Under the pieces are notes generated by a model, which worked only from the letters and a program-made list of their open reading frames with translations, had not been told where the DNA came from and searched no databases. A stretch of DNA of 64,000 nucleotides from Desulfotomaculum sp. Its GTDB lineage: Bacteria > Bacillota > Desulfotomaculia > Desulfotomaculales > Nap2-2B. How positions within the stretch are numbered: the first letter of the stretch is position 1; the number at the start of each line of letters is the position of its first letter. The DNA lies in contig DOTD01000072.1 in assembly GCA_003513005.1 (NCBI GenBank), positions 16,108-80,107 of the forward strand, given 5' to 3'. Position numbers and translations under genes: made by a program. Of this stretch, positions 1 to 10,251 are shown one piece after another.

Positions 1-878
1 AAATGGCCGGAATTGGCCAGGATGGCTCCGTCTTTCATAACTTCAAAATGCTTGCGGTCAATAACGCTTTTATTGCCGGTTACAGTAAGAAAAATATCTC
101 CTGCGGCTGCCGCGTCTGTCATATTTTTTACTTGAAAACCATCCATCAAAGCTTCGAGGGCTCTTAAGGGATCTACTTCAACAACTGAAACATTTGCTCC
201 CATTCCTCTTGCTTTGGAGGCGACACCCTTTCCGCACCATCCATAACCTACAACAACAAAATTTGTTCCGGCAATAAGGTAGTTGGTAGCGCGCAATATT
301 CCGTCAAGCGATGACTGTCCGGTCCCGTACCGGTTATCAAAAAGATGCTTGGTAAGAGCATCATTTACAGCGACAATCGGATATGCCAATGCGCCGCTTT
401 TCTCCATAGAACGCAGCCTGATCACTCCCGTGGTCGTTTCTTCAGTTCCGGCCAGGATTTCCTTGAGGAGTTCTTTTTTCTGAGTATGGATTGTGCTTAC
501 AAGATCGGCTCCGTCGTCCATAGTGATTTGAGGCGCTGTGTCCAAAACGTTCAGTATGTGCTGGTAATATGTATTTGTATCTTCCCCCCGTTTGGCGTAG
601 GTGGGAATTCCATAAGCGCTGTTAAGAGCGGCCGCAACATCGTCCTGTGTGCTCAAGGGATTTGAAGCACACAGCGAAACTGAAGCTCCCCCTTCTTTTA
701 ACGCTATGACCAGATTTGCGGTTTCGGTTGTAACATGCAGGCATGCCCCAATCCTGATACCATTTAATGGTTTTTCTTCTTTCCATTTTTCCGCTATTGC
801 GCTTACGACAGGCATCTTTGCACGAGCCCAATTGATTCTGGAGACACCTTTTTGTACAAGCTCTTTTTTAGTCATCAT
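1..878 (-). CDS. ahcY: Adenosylhomocysteinase, C-terminus runs off window start
   Basis: Own translation from ATG 878 (GGAG RBS): [59 protein letters not shown]. Not in ORF track because there is no stop inside the window. Confidence 0.9.
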   Translation of the reverse strand, partial: MMTKKELVQKGVSRINWARAKMPVVSAIAEKWKEEKPLNGIRIGACLHVTTETANLVIALKEGGASVSLCASNPLSTQDDVAAALNSAYGIPTYAKRGEDTNTYYQHILNVLDTAPQITMDDGADLVSTIHTQKKELLKEILAGTEETTTGVIRLRSMEKSGALAYPIVAVNDALTKHLFDNRYGTGQSSLDGILRATNYLIAGTNFVVVGYGWCGKGVASKARGMGANVSVVEVDPLRALEALMDGFQVKNMTDAAAAGDIFLTVTGNKSVIDRKHFEVMKDGAILANSGH

Positions 879-1438
879 CTAACTCCTTTTAATAAGAAAG
901 TCTTTAAATCACAGAAGTACTTCAGCTGGCAGATATGCTCAACTGAACAAGTGTAAATGTACGCCTGTTCAAGTGATGCGCCGGCGGCAAAAATACCATG
1001 CCCTTTTGTTATTGCCGCCTTATGATCAACAAGAGCATTTGCCACTTCCTCAGCTAATTCCTGAGATCCCGCCTCTCCGGCAATAATTGGGATTTCCCGC
1101 ATAAAACTTTTGCTTTCCGTATCGTCAGAAAAAATTACCCTGCTGTTGGTTAGCATAGACTCTATTGTTGCAAAAGGAGAATGAACATGTACTACTGCCT
1201 GCGCCGGTGTTTTAATATAGATCTGGCGGTGAACTATTGTTTCAGAGGAAGCATTTGCAGCGTTTCCTTTTTGAATATTTACTTCGACCAGCATTTGTTC
1301 ATTAATCTCATCCAAAAGACATCCGCTTCTGGTGATCAGCAGAGTATCTCCTCTACGGATACTAATATTTCCAAAATGTGAGTGATTCAGGCCATAAGCC
1401 ACTAACTTTTTTCCGTACTTTTCTATTTCCTGCCACAC
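875..1438 (-). CDS. Class II aldolase/adducin-family protein (MtnB dehydratase-like or MTRu-1-P aldolase-like)
   Basis: 187 aa with HVHSP and KGHG zinc-ligand-type His motifs. TGA overlaps ahcY start (ATGATGA). Sits next to mtnA/mtnP. Confidence 0.7.
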   Translation of the reverse strand: MWQEIEKYGKKLVAYGLNHSHFGNISIRRGDTLLITRSGCLLDEINEQMLVEVNIQKGNAANASSETIVHRQIYIKTPAQAVVHVHSPFATIESMLTNSRVIFSDDTESKSFMREIPIIAGEAGSQELAEEVANALVDHKAAITKGHGIFAAGASLEQAYIYTCSVEHICQLKYFCDLKTFLLKGVR

Positions 1439-1519
1439 GTAAATTTCACCACGCCCTCAACGCTGACAATCAATGGCAGCATTTAAGCAATATCGCTCAC
1501 CTGTGAACAACGATGCGCT

Positions 1520-2557
1520 TTATCCCACAATCAAAGCTAAATTTTTATCGTATGGTGGCGTGACCACCCCTCGTTCTGTTATAATGGCGGCGATTAAAAC
1601 GTTTGGTGTAACATCGAAGGCGGGGTTCCATACTTTTACCCCTTCAGGGGCAATCATCTGGCCTGAAATATATGTTACCTCAAGATAATTTCTTTCTTCT
1701 ATCGGGATATCTTTCCCCTGTTTTAGTTTTAAATCTATTGTTGAAACAGGCGCAGCGACATAAAAAGGTATTTTGTGTTCTCTGGCCAGCAGGGCAACTC
1801 CATATGTTCCGATCTTATTGGCCGTATCGCCGTTTGCCGCTATTCTGTCAGCTCCTACGATAACCAGGTCAACCATTTGCTGAGCCATCAGGCTTGCCGC
1901 CATATTATCAGTAATCAGTGTGACAGGTATCTTTTCCTGGACCATTTCCCATGCGGTAAGACGGGCGCCCTGTAAAAGAGGTCTTGTTTCATCCGCAAAA
2001 ACACTTACTTCTTTTCCAGCTTCCTTGGCAGCCCTGATTACACCCAGCGCGGTTCCGTAACCTGCTGTTGCAAGAGCGCCTGCGTTGCAATGGGTTAAAA
2101 TCCTTGCTTTATCCGGAATCAGTTTTTCTCCATAATTTCCGATGGATTTATTAGCATTTATATCTTCTGATAAAATTGCGTGAGCTTCTTGGAGAAGCAC
2201 ACTTTTCAGATACTCCGGGGTAAGCGAAGATGCAGCTGCCTCGTTCATTTTTTGCAGCATGCGTTCCAAAGCCCAACGCAGGTTTACTGCGGTTGGGCGG
2301 GTGAGCCACAATTCTTGAGCTATCCTTTTCGCTTCCGCTATCAAATCCTCGCCGGTGATAAATTGTTTTTCTAATAAACCCAGGACAAGTCCATAAGCCG
2401 CGGCTACACCTATAGCCGGCGCTCCCCTGACGCTTAAATCCCTGATTGCTTGGGCAACTGTTTCGTAGTCTTTACATCTTATGTATTCCACTTTTTGCGG
2501 AAGCCTGGTCTGATCAAGAAGTAATAGTGAATCTTTTTCCCAGCGCATTGTATCCAT
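1520..2557 (-). CDS. mtnA: S-methyl-5-thioribose-1-phosphate isomerase
   Basis: LLLLDQTRLP, RGAPAIGVAAAYG, VGADRIAANGDTANKIGTY. Start moved to Met15 (TAATG overlap with mtnP stop) rather than the longest ORF at 2599. Confidence 0.9.
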   Translation of the reverse strand: MDTMRWEKDSLLLLDQTRLPQKVEYIRCKDYETVAQAIRDLSVRGAPAIGVAAAYGLVLGLLEKQFITGEDLIAEAKRIAQELWLTRPTAVNLRWALERMLQKMNEAAASSLTPEYLKSVLLQEAHAILSEDINANKSIGNYGEKLIPDKARILTHCNAGALATAGYGTALGVIRAAKEAGKEVSVFADETRPLLQGARLTAWEMVQEKIPVTLITDNMAASLMAQQMVDLVIVGADRIAANGDTANKIGTYGVALLAREHKIPFYVAAPVSTIDLKLKQGKDIPIEERNYLEVTYISGQMIAPEGVKVWNPAFDVTPNVLIAAIITERGVVTPPYDKNLALIVG

Positions 2558-3342
2558 TAAATCATCTGCCCCTTGATTAGGGATTCCTGACATGAACATG
2601 CCCGTGAAAGATCCAGAACTTCAATTGTTTTTTGCAAAAGGGCATTTATGTTTACGGCATTCTGGGTCATTGTGTCAACAACTTCATTATGTGAAAGCGC
2701 ACGCAATGATGAAATACCGGCCGCAAAATTTGTGATCAAAGCAATTGCCGCGTAACAGATACCTGCTTCCCTGGCCAGGACTGCTTCCGGGACACCTGTC
2801 ATACCTATGACGTCTCCGCCTAAAGAATTGTACATCCGTGTTTCAGCAGGCGTTTCAAACCTCGGGCCTTCAGTGCAGACATATGTTCCTCCATAATGGC
2901 AAGCCAGACCAAGTTGTTTGGTAGTTACGGCAAGCAGTCTGCGCAGGTATGTACAATACGGAGTTGTCATGTCCAGGTGGAGGACTTCTTTTTCCTGGAA
3001 GGTTTGCTGCCGGGACCTGGTGAAATCCAGAAACTGATTTACAAGAACAATTTCTCCAGGTTTTAAGTCTGTGCTTAGAGAACCAACAGCGGCCAGGGCT
3101 AAAATGACTTTTACGCCCAAAGTTTTTAAGCCCCATATATTTGCCCTGTAATTGATCAGATGAGGAGGCACTGTATGACCTTCACCGTGGCGCGCAATAA
3201 AAACAACTTCCTTGTCATGCAAACGCCCGCAATTAATATTTACTTGCCCATAGGGAGTATCCAGTACTTCCTTCCGGGGATTTTCAAGCATTCCGGCATT
3301 ATAAATTCCAGTGCCGCCGATAATGCCAGCAAGTTTTGCCAT
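2557..3342 (-). CDS. mtnP: S-methyl-5'-thioadenosine phosphorylase
   Basis: 261 aa PNP/MTAP family: GIIGGTG, ARHGEGH, INYRANIW, CTEGPRFETPAE. Confidence 0.9.
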   Translation of the reverse strand: MAKLAGIIGGTGIYNAGMLENPRKEVLDTPYGQVNINCGRLHDKEVVFIARHGEGHTVPPHLINYRANIWGLKTLGVKVILALAAVGSLSTDLKPGEIVLVNQFLDFTRSRQQTFQEKEVLHLDMTTPYCTYLRRLLAVTTKQLGLACHYGGTYVCTEGPRFETPAETRMYNSLGGDVIGMTGVPEAVLAREAGICYAAIALITNFAAGISSLRALSHNEVVDTMTQNAVNINALLQKTIEVLDLSRACSCQESLIKGQMI

Positions 3343-3366
3343 ATCCGGCCACTCCGAATCAATGCT

Positions 3367-4275
3367 CTAGGCAAACAAAGCATCGACAAACTCTTCAGCA
3401 TTAAAGGGCTGCAGGTCGTCAATCTTTTCTCCGACGCCGACAAATTTTACCGGCGTGCCCAGAGCGCCTTTTATTCCGATTATTATGCCTCCCTTGGCAG
3501 TGCTGTCCAGTTTTGTCAGCACTATTCCCGTTACTCCCATGATGGCGCCGAATGCTTTGGCCTGAGTTAAAGCGTTCTGACCGTTTGTAGCATCCAGGAC
3601 AAGCAGCACCTCTTGAGGCGCTCCCTGTGTTTCCCGGGATAAAACGCGCGCGATCTTTTTAAGTTCTTCCATAAGGTTGCTTTTTATGTGCAGCCTTCCT
3701 GCCGTATCTACAATAAGGATATCCGCTTTGCGTGCCTTGGCAGCCTGCAGGGCGTCGAAAGCAACTGCGGCAGGATCTGATCTTTCCTGGTGTTTGATAA
3801 CCTCGGCGCCGGCCCTGCTGCTTAGAATCTCCAGTTGATCTATGGCCGCTGCCCTGAAAGTGTCTGCGGCTGCGATAATAACCTTCCTGCCGTCCTGTAC
3901 AAACCGGTGAGCCAGTTTGCCGGTTGTTGTTGTCTTTCCGGTACCGTTTACGCCTATGACCAGAATAACGGTAGGCGGTTCCCCTATATTCAGAGTGTTT
4001 GTTCCTTTTTCAAGGGTATCTCTAATTATTTCTTTAAGCAAAGGTTTTAAACCGGCAGGATCTTTTATTTTTCGCTCCTTTACTGTTTGGCGAAGCTTGT
4101 CTACGAGTTCGGCGGAAACTTCAGCGCCGACATCAGCCTGGATTAAAATATCTTCAAGTTCGTCGTAGATATCTTCATCAATGGCTTTTTTCCCGGTTAC
4201 TAATTCTTCTACTTTGCCGACCAGGTTCTGTCTGGTTTTAGACAGTCCTTTTTTTAGCTTATCAAAAAAAGACAT
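3367..4275 (-). CDS. ftsY: Signal recognition particle receptor FtsY
   Basis: SRP GTPase motifs GVNGTGKTTT, DTAGRLH, TKLDSTAKGG. Confidence 0.95.
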   Translation of the reverse strand: MSFFDKLKKGLSKTRQNLVGKVEELVTGKKAIDEDIYDELEDILIQADVGAEVSAELVDKLRQTVKERKIKDPAGLKPLLKEIIRDTLEKGTNTLNIGEPPTVILVIGVNGTGKTTTTGKLAHRFVQDGRKVIIAAADTFRAAAIDQLEILSSRAGAEVIKHQERSDPAAVAFDALQAAKARKADILIVDTAGRLHIKSNLMEELKKIARVLSRETQGAPQEVLLVLDATNGQNALTQAKAFGAIMGVTGIVLTKLDSTAKGGIIIGIKGALGTPVKFVGVGEKIDDLQPFNAEEFVDALFA

Positions 4276-4283
4276 TTTTCCCC

Positions 4284-5000
4284 CTATGGTGTTTCGCTCC
4301 TGATCTTTTCCAATGCCTGGCGGGCAGCCTGCTGTTCCGCTTCTTTCTTGGAGCGCCCTTTTCCCCGTCCAATTTCTTTTCCGCAGCTATAGACTCCTGA
4401 GGTGAATAACTTGTTATGATCAGGACCTTCTTCATTGATTATTGCATAATTAACAGGTTCGGGACCTCTCTGCTGAAGAAATTCCTGAAGTTCGGTCTTG
4501 TAATCCTTTCCGGCGCGTCCTTCCATAAGATCGTTAATTACTGCTGTTAGACTGTCAATTGCTACCAGTGCTGCCCGATCCAACCCCTGGTCTAAAAAAA
4601 TTGCCCCCAGTAATGCCTCGAAAGCATCTGCAAGAATAGACGGCCGGTTTCTACCTCCGGAATATTCTTCACCTCTTCCGATAAAAAGACAATCTCCAAG
4701 ATTTAGTTCTTTAGCTGCCCTGGCCAGAGACGGCTCACAGACAAGAGTTGACCTGATTTTGGTTAACTCTCCTTCGGCGCTGCCGGGGTATGTTTTAAAA
4801 AGATAATTGCTAATCGAAAGTTCTAATACGGCATCGCCTAGAAATTCAAGACGCTGGTTGTCTTCAAGATCCTGTGTCTTGTTTTCGTATGCATGTGAAC
4901 CATGAGTCAAAGCTGTTTGTAAAAGTATTTCATTGTTCCAGGCAAATCCAAGCGCATCTTTCAAACTGCCGATATTCTGCCTGATGTTGGATTCGTGCAT
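4284..5000 (-). CDS. rnc: Ribonuclease III
   Basis: NQRLEFLGDAVLEL signature plus C-terminal dsRBD-like region. Start set at Met18 to avoid overlap with fabF. Confidence 0.9.
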   Translation of the reverse strand: MHESNIRQNIGSLKDALGFAWNNEILLQTALTHGSHAYENKTQDLEDNQRLEFLGDAVLELSISNYLFKTYPGSAEGELTKIRSTLVCEPSLARAAKELNLGDCLFIGRGEEYSGGRNRPSILADAFEALLGAIFLDQGLDRAALVAIDSLTAVINDLMEGRAGKDYKTELQEFLQQRGPEPVNYAIINEEGPDHNKLFTSGVYSCGKEIGRGKGRSKKEAEQQAARQALEKIRSETP

Positions 5001-5004
5001 TTTC

Positions 5005-6246
5005 TTATCCTTCGAACTCCCTGAACAGCAAAGATACGTTATGACCGCCAAATCCGAGTGAATTGTTCAGAGCGATCTTGACGGGCATTGGACGCGCCTT
5101 ATTCGGAACATAATCAAGATCACATTCCGGATCGGGATGATCATAATTTATAGTTGGGGGAACTACCTTCTTGCAAATAGTCATTACACATGTGACCGCT
5201 TCAACTCCTCCTGCTGCTCCTAGAAGATGACCGGTCATGGACTTGGTGGAACTTACGGCGAGGCGCCCTGTTGAACCATTAAAGAGATGTTTTATGGCCA
5301 TTGTTTCAACCTTATCGCCAAGAGGTGTGGATGTGCCGTGAGCATTTATATAATCTATATCGCTGGTTGAAACACCGGCATCCAACATCGCCAGTTCCAT
5401 GGCTTTTGCGGCTCCTTTGCCGTCGGGTTCAGGGGCTGTAATGTGATATGCGTCACAAGTACACCCGTAACCGGCAATTTCGGCATATATTTTAGCGCCG
5501 CGTACAAGCGCATGTTCCAACTTTTCTAAAACCAACATGGCGGCTCCCTCGCCAATTACAAAACCGTCGCGGTTTGAATCGAAGGGCCTGCTGGCTTTTT
5601 TGGGTTCCTCGTTGTAAGTGGACATTGCCTTCATGGAGCAGAAACCTGCAATAGCTAACGGGGTTATGGGAGCTTCCGCGCCGCCGGCAATCATCACATC
5701 GGTGTAACCTTGCTTAATAAGACTGTATGCGTCTCCAAGAGCGTTGTTGCCGGATGCGCAGGCACTGACCGTAGCCATATTATACCCTCTTAAACCATAT
5801 GCAATAGCTATTTGGCCGGCGCCCATATTGGGAATCAGCATGGTTATGAAAAATGGGCTTATCCTGTCAGGTCCGCGGTTTATTAGAATGTTATGCTGTT
5901 CTTCAAGCGTCCCTATCCCGCCGATACCCGAGCCAAGAATCACTCCAATGCGTTCCCTGTTCAATGTTTCCAGCTTTAATTCTGCGTCTTTAATTGCTTG
6001 ACCAGCAGCCGCCATGGCAAAATGGGTAAAGCGGTCCATTCGCCTGGCTTCTTTTTTCTCAAGAAAATCTGTCGGATTGAAGTCCTTTATTTCGGCAGCA
6101 ATCCGCGTGGCGTAATTTTCAGTATCAAAAAAGGTAATATAATCTACACCGGAAATCCCTGATGTTAGATTTGCCCAAAAATTTTCCACATCTAATCCTA
6201 AAGGAGAAATAACTCCCATGCCTGTAATTACCACACGGTTTTGCAA
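5005..6246 (-). CDS. fabF: 3-oxoacyl-ACP synthase II
   Basis: 413 aa with active-site Cys (ATVSACASG), NAHGTSTPLGD, KSMTGHLLGAAG. Confidence 0.95.
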   Translation of the reverse strand: MQNRVVITGMGVISPLGLDVENFWANLTSGISGVDYITFFDTENYATRIAAEIKDFNPTDFLEKKEARRMDRFTHFAMAAAGQAIKDAELKLETLNRERIGVILGSGIGGIGTLEEQHNILINRGPDRISPFFITMLIPNMGAGQIAIAYGLRGYNMATVSACASGNNALGDAYSLIKQGYTDVMIAGGAEAPITPLAIAGFCSMKAMSTYNEEPKKASRPFDSNRDGFVIGEGAAMLVLEKLEHALVRGAKIYAEIAGYGCTCDAYHITAPEPDGKGAAKAMELAMLDAGVSTSDIDYINAHGTSTPLGDKVETMAIKHLFNGSTGRLAVSSTKSMTGHLLGAAGGVEAVTCVMTICKKVVPPTINYDHPDPECDLDYVPNKARPMPVKIALNNSLGFGGHNVSLLFREFEG

Positions 6247-6308
6247 ACCTTAAACCTCCCTGCAATAAAAAATTAAGCCTGTTTTTAAAACCTGTACTTA
6301 GACACGGT

Positions 6309-6551
6309 CTACCTGTGATCTTGAATATATTTGACTGCCTGACCGACTGTTCTAATTTTTTCTGCGTTTTCATCTGGAATAACTATATCAAATTCTTCTT
6401 CAAAAGCCATGACAAGTTCGACTATATCCAAAGAATCCGCCCCAAGGTCTTCGATGAAAGAAGAATCTAAGTTTACTTCTTCTTCCTCAACACCAAGCTG
6501 TTCTACTATTATTGCTTTTACTTTTTCTGCGATAGATTCCTGACTGGACAT
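6309..6551 (-). CDS. acpP: Acyl carrier protein
   Basis: 80 aa with [12 protein letters not shown] phosphopantetheine-attachment motif. Confidence 0.95.
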   Translation of the reverse strand: MSSQESIAEKVKAIIVEQLGVEEEEVNLDSSFIEDLGADSLDIVELVMAFEEEFDIVIPDENAEKIRTVGQAVKYIQDHR

Positions 6552-6587
6552 TTTTTCACCTCCTTTTCTTTTTTTATAGCATTATAT

Positions 6588-7331
6588 TTATACTGCGATA
6601 CCGCCATCCACTATAATGGTCTGGCCGGTTATATAGCTTGCCGCATCGCTGGCCAGGAAAACTGCCACCGAACCTATTTCCTCCGGTCTTCCCAGGCGTC
6701 TCAGGGCGATGCGGGAGAGCATTTTCTCCCTGAATGCTTCCGGAAGGCTTTGCGTCATGTCAGTTTCAATGTATCCCGGAGCAATTGCATTTACAGTAAT
6801 CTTTCTCGAACCCAGTTCCTGCGCGACCGATTTTGTAAATGCAATTAGTCCGCCTTTACTGGCTGCATAATTTGCCTGACCGACGTTTCCTGTATAAGCA
6901 ATAATGGAACTAATGTTAATTATTCGTCCCCATTTCGCTTTGAGCATAGGTCGTGTTACAGCTCTTACACAGTTGAAGGCGCCTTTGAGATTGATCGAAA
7001 GAACGCTGTCCCAGTCTTCATCACGAAGCGATACAACCAGATTGTCCCGGGTAACGCCGGCGTTGTTAACCAGGATATCTACACGTCCCAACTGTTTTAC
7101 GGCGAATTGGATCATTGACGAGGCCTGCTCCGGATCAGCGACATTTGCCCGGTAGGCGATTGCCTGACGGCCAAATTTTTCAATATCGCTGCATACCTTT
7201 TCCGCAGCCTCTGCGTCATTAGTAAAATTTACCAGTACATCCGCTCCCGATTCAGCCAGGGACATGGCGATTGCGCGTCCTATGCCCCTGGAGGCCCCCG
7301 TAACAACAGCCTTTTTGCCGTTAAGGACCAT
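6588..7331 (-). CDS. fabG: 3-oxoacyl-ACP reductase
   Basis: SDR motifs VTGASRGIG and NYAASKGG. Start set at Met14, just after the fabD stop. Confidence 0.9.
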   Translation of the reverse strand: MVLNGKKAVVTGASRGIGRAIAMSLAESGADVLVNFTNDAEAAEKVCSDIEKFGRQAIAYRANVADPEQASSMIQFAVKQLGRVDILVNNAGVTRDNLVVSLRDEDWDSVLSINLKGAFNCVRAVTRPMLKAKWGRIINISSIIAYTGNVGQANYAASKGGLIAFTKSVAQELGSRKITVNAIAPGYIETDMTQSLPEAFREKMLSRIALRRLGRPEEIGSVAVFLASDAASYITGQTIIVDGGIAV

Positions 7332-7332
7332 T

Positions 7333-8271
7333 TTAGCCAGCCTCCCCGGGTTGCATAAGAAATTTTTCAATTGACTCCGGGTTTTCGGTATTTGCTATGG
7401 ATACTTTCCTGCTTATTTTTTTTAGAAGGCCGGTTAAAACATTTCCGGGGCCTGCTTCTATAAAAGACTCAAAATCATTTACCAGGCGTACCATGCTTTC
7501 TTCCCAGCGAACAGGGCTGTATACCTGTTCAACAAGAAACCTGCGGACATCGTCCCCTTTTGTAACGTAATCCGCTGAAACGTTAGCTACAACCGGTATC
7601 CGGGGGTCTTTAATCTCTACGGCGGCCAGCTCGGCGGCCATTTTATCCCCTGCCGGCCGCAAAAGAGTGGAGTGGAAGGGTGCGCTTACGGCCAGAGGAA
7701 TACATCTTTTTGCCCCTGCTTCTTTAGCCAGGATTTTGGCCCTTTCCAAAGCCTCATTCTCACCTGCGATAACCACCTGTCCGGGACAGTTAAAATTAGC
7801 CACGTCAACAATTTTACCCTCAGATCTTACCTCGCTGCAGACCCTTGTAATCTCCGGCGCATCGAGGCCCAGAACAGCCACCATGCCGCCCGTGCCCAGC
7901 GGTACCGTCTCCTGCATATATTGACCCCTTTTGCGTACAAGCATTAAGCCGTCCGCAAAGGAAATTGACCCCGCTGTTGCAAGGGCGCTGTATTCTCCAA
8001 GACTGTGGCCGGCAGCCGCAGAAGGTTCGATACCCCTTTCCAGCAGTACCCTGGCGCAGGCTACACTGAAAGTATAGATTGCCGGTTGTGCGTTAATAGT
8101 TTTTTGAAGTTCCTCTTCAGGGCCTTCAAAACACAGTTTGCTCAAGGAAAAACCTAAAATCTCATCTGCTGATTCAAAAATCTCTCTCACCGCGGGATAC
8201 TGATCATATAATTTTTTGCCCATACCGGCATATTGCGCACCCTGTCCGGGAAAGAGAAAAACTGCTTTCAT
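7333..8271 (-). CDS. fabD: Malonyl-CoA:ACP transacylase
   Basis: FPGQGAQY and GHSLGEYSAL active-site serine motif. Confidence 0.9.
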   Translation of the reverse strand: MKAVFLFPGQGAQYAGMGKKLYDQYPAVREIFESADEILGFSLSKLCFEGPEEELQKTINAQPAIYTFSVACARVLLERGIEPSAAAGHSLGEYSALATAGSISFADGLMLVRKRGQYMQETVPLGTGGMVAVLGLDAPEITRVCSEVRSEGKIVDVANFNCPGQVVIAGENEALERAKILAKEAGAKRCIPLAVSAPFHSTLLRPAGDKMAAELAAVEIKDPRIPVVANVSADYVTKGDDVRRFLVEQVYSPVRWEESMVRLVNDFESFIEAGPGNVLTGLLKKISRKVSIANTENPESIEKFLMQPGEAG

Positions 8272-9263
8272 CTGTTGAATTCACCACCTATAGGAGCAAG
8301 ATTTTGAAGTATTTTGGCAGCGCCCTGGACAACATCCAGAATTATTTCACGGGCGGTTTGGATCTCTTTGACCATTGCCGACACCTGCCCGGCCATAACT
8401 GATCCATGTTCTGTGTCCCCTTCCACCATTGCGGCATGAAGTCGTCCCACACCCAGATTTTCTATTTCTTCTGCTGGCGCCCGGCGGTTTTCCAAATCCT
8501 CGTATTTCCTGGTTAGTTTATTCCGGATCACACGCACAGGATGGCCTATACTGTGGCCTGTAACAATAGTGTCCCTATCCTTTGCTTTAATGATCATCTG
8601 CTTGACATTGGGATGAATAGTACATTCCTTTGCGCACATGAAACGGGTGCCCATCTGGACCCCGACAGCTCCCAGGCATAATGCCGCTGCCAAACCGCGG
8701 CCGTCAAAGATTCCACCGGCGGCAATTACAGGTTCCTGAACTGCCTCCACTATCTGGGGAACAAGAGCCATCGTCCCAAGGTCGCCCACGTGTCCACCGC
8801 TTTCCATGCCTTCGGCAATAACAGCATTAACCCCGTTGCGGACCAGACGTTTGGCAAGGGCTACGGACGACACTACAGGAATTACCTTGACGCCGGCGCC
8901 TTGTAAATCGGGAAGATACTTGCCGGGGTTGCCTGCCCCGGTGGTAATTACATGTACTCTTTCCTCAATAATTACCCTGAGGACATCCTCAACATACGGG
9001 GAAAGCAGCAGAACATTAACACCGAAAGGTTTGTTTGTCAACTCTTTGGCCAATCGGACCTGTTCCCGCACCCAACTTGCTTCGGCGGTCCCGGAACCAA
9101 TTATTCCAAGGCCACCGGCTTCACTTACAGCTGCAGCCAGATGTGCTGTTGATACCCAGGCCATTCCTCCCTGGATAACAGGGTATTCAATTCCTAAAAG
9201 TTCGCACAACCTTGTATGGATTGGACACGCCTCCTTAAAAGCTAGTGTGGTTCCGGTAATCAT
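8268..9263 (-). CDS. fabK: Enoyl-ACP reductase II (FMN-dependent, nitronate monooxygenase family)
   Basis: YPVIQGGMAWV and fab-cluster context. The true start is probably internal, since the longest ORF overlaps the fabH 3' end. Confidence 0.8.
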   Translation of the reverse strand: MITGTTLAFKEACPIHTRLCELLGIEYPVIQGGMAWVSTAHLAAAVSEAGGLGIIGSGTAEASWVREQVRLAKELTNKPFGVNVLLLSPYVEDVLRVIIEERVHVITTGAGNPGKYLPDLQGAGVKVIPVVSSVALAKRLVRNGVNAVIAEGMESGGHVGDLGTMALVPQIVEAVQEPVIAAGGIFDGRGLAAALCLGAVGVQMGTRFMCAKECTIHPNVKQMIIKAKDRDTIVTGHSIGHPVRVIRNKLTRKYEDLENRRAPAEEIENLGVGRLHAAMVEGDTEHGSVMAGQVSAMVKEIQTAREIILDVVQGAAKILQNLAPIGGEFNR

Positions 9264-10251
9264 ACCATTTCATTGCCAGAGCGCCCCAGGTAAGTCCGGC
9301 GCCAAAACTAGCCATAACTATATGTTGACCGTCGTTTATCTTATTTTCCTGTAAAGATTCGTATAGTGCCAGCGGGAGTGTCGCCGAGGAAGTATTCCCA
9401 TAACGATCAACATTGACTGCTACCTTATCAAGAGGTACGTTTAAACGTTTGGCGGCTGTTTCTATAATGCGCAGGTTTGCCTGATGAGGAATCAGATAAT
9501 CTATATCACTGCGGGTCAATCCTGCCTCGTTCAGGACATCCAGGCAGCATTCTTCAATGTTCCTGACGGCAAATTTAAAGACCTCCCTGCCGTGCATATG
9601 TAAAAAATGAAGCTTTTTATCTAATGTTTCTTTTGACGCCGGAAACTGGGTCAGCCCACCGGGAAAGGTTAACAAGTGGGCGCCTGAACCGTCCGATCTT
9701 ATGCTGCTGGAGAGAATCCCGTACCCATCCGGGACCGGACCCATTATCACAGCGCCGGCTGCATCGCCGAAGAGGATGCATGTATTGCGGTCCTCCCAGT
9801 TAACAACCCTTGACATGCACTCGGCGCCGATTAAAAGGATCCTGCTGCAAAAGCCGCTGACAATAAATTGGCTTGCAATTACCATCCCGTATAGAAAAGA
9901 TGTGCATCCGGCCTGCAAATCAAACGCTCCCACTTTACGCGCTCCCAGTTTGTCCTGCACAATACAGGCAGTAGCGGGAAACAACATGTCGGGAGTGTTG
10001 GTGGCTACGATGATTAGATCTATCTCGTCCACTTTTACTCCAGCATCAGCAATAGCTTTCTTTGCCGCTTCAGTCGCCATATCAGAAGTTAACTGATCTG
10101 GTTCGGCGATGCGCCTTTCCCTGATACCCGTCCGTGTTACTATCCATTCGTCCCCGGTGTCCACTATTTTCTCCAGGTCCTGGTTAGTCAATTTGCGTTC
10201 TGGTGTATAAATGCCAATTCCCAGAATACCTGCTTGTCGATCATTGTACAT
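9235..10251 (-). CDS. fabH: 3-oxoacyl-ACP synthase III
   Basis: QAGCTSFLYG (active Cys), PHQANLRII, YGNTSSATLP. Confidence 0.9.
   Translation of the reverse strand: MYNDRQAGILGIGIYTPERKLTNQDLEKIVDTGDEWIVTRTGIRERRIAEPDQLTSDMATEAAKKAIADAGVKVDEIDLIIVATNTPDMLFPATACIVQDKLGARKVGAFDLQAGCTSFLYGMVIASQFIVSGFCSRILLIGAECMSRVVNWEDRNTCILFGDAAGAVIMGPVPDGYGILSSSIRSDGSGAHLLTFPGGLTQFPASKETLDKKLHFLHMHGREVFKFAVRNIEECCLDVLNEAGLTRSDIDYLIPHQANLRIIETAAKRLNVPLDKVAVNVDRYGNTSSATLPLALYESLQENKINDGQHIVMASFGAGLTWGALAMKWYDYRNHTSF

Noticed and set aside
2558-2599. N-terminal extensions of the longest ORFs: mtnA to 2599, rnc to 5051, fabG to 7370, nfnB to 28738, coaBC to 47740
   Set aside because: Each extension overlaps the 3' end of the upstream gene by 18-50 nt. 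In each case an internal Met sits exactly at or just after the upstream stop and restores the usual family N-terminus.
8806-9354. 182-aa plus-strand ORF, and similar long antisense ORFs at 23680-24213, 27513-28100, 28209-28802, 33517-34104, 39854-40405, 57630-58238, 59849-60454 and 61725-62291
   Set aside because: All lie entirely antisense to well-supported genes. They are Ser/Pro/Arg/Thr-rich and low in complexity, and they lack RBSs. These are shadow ORFs.
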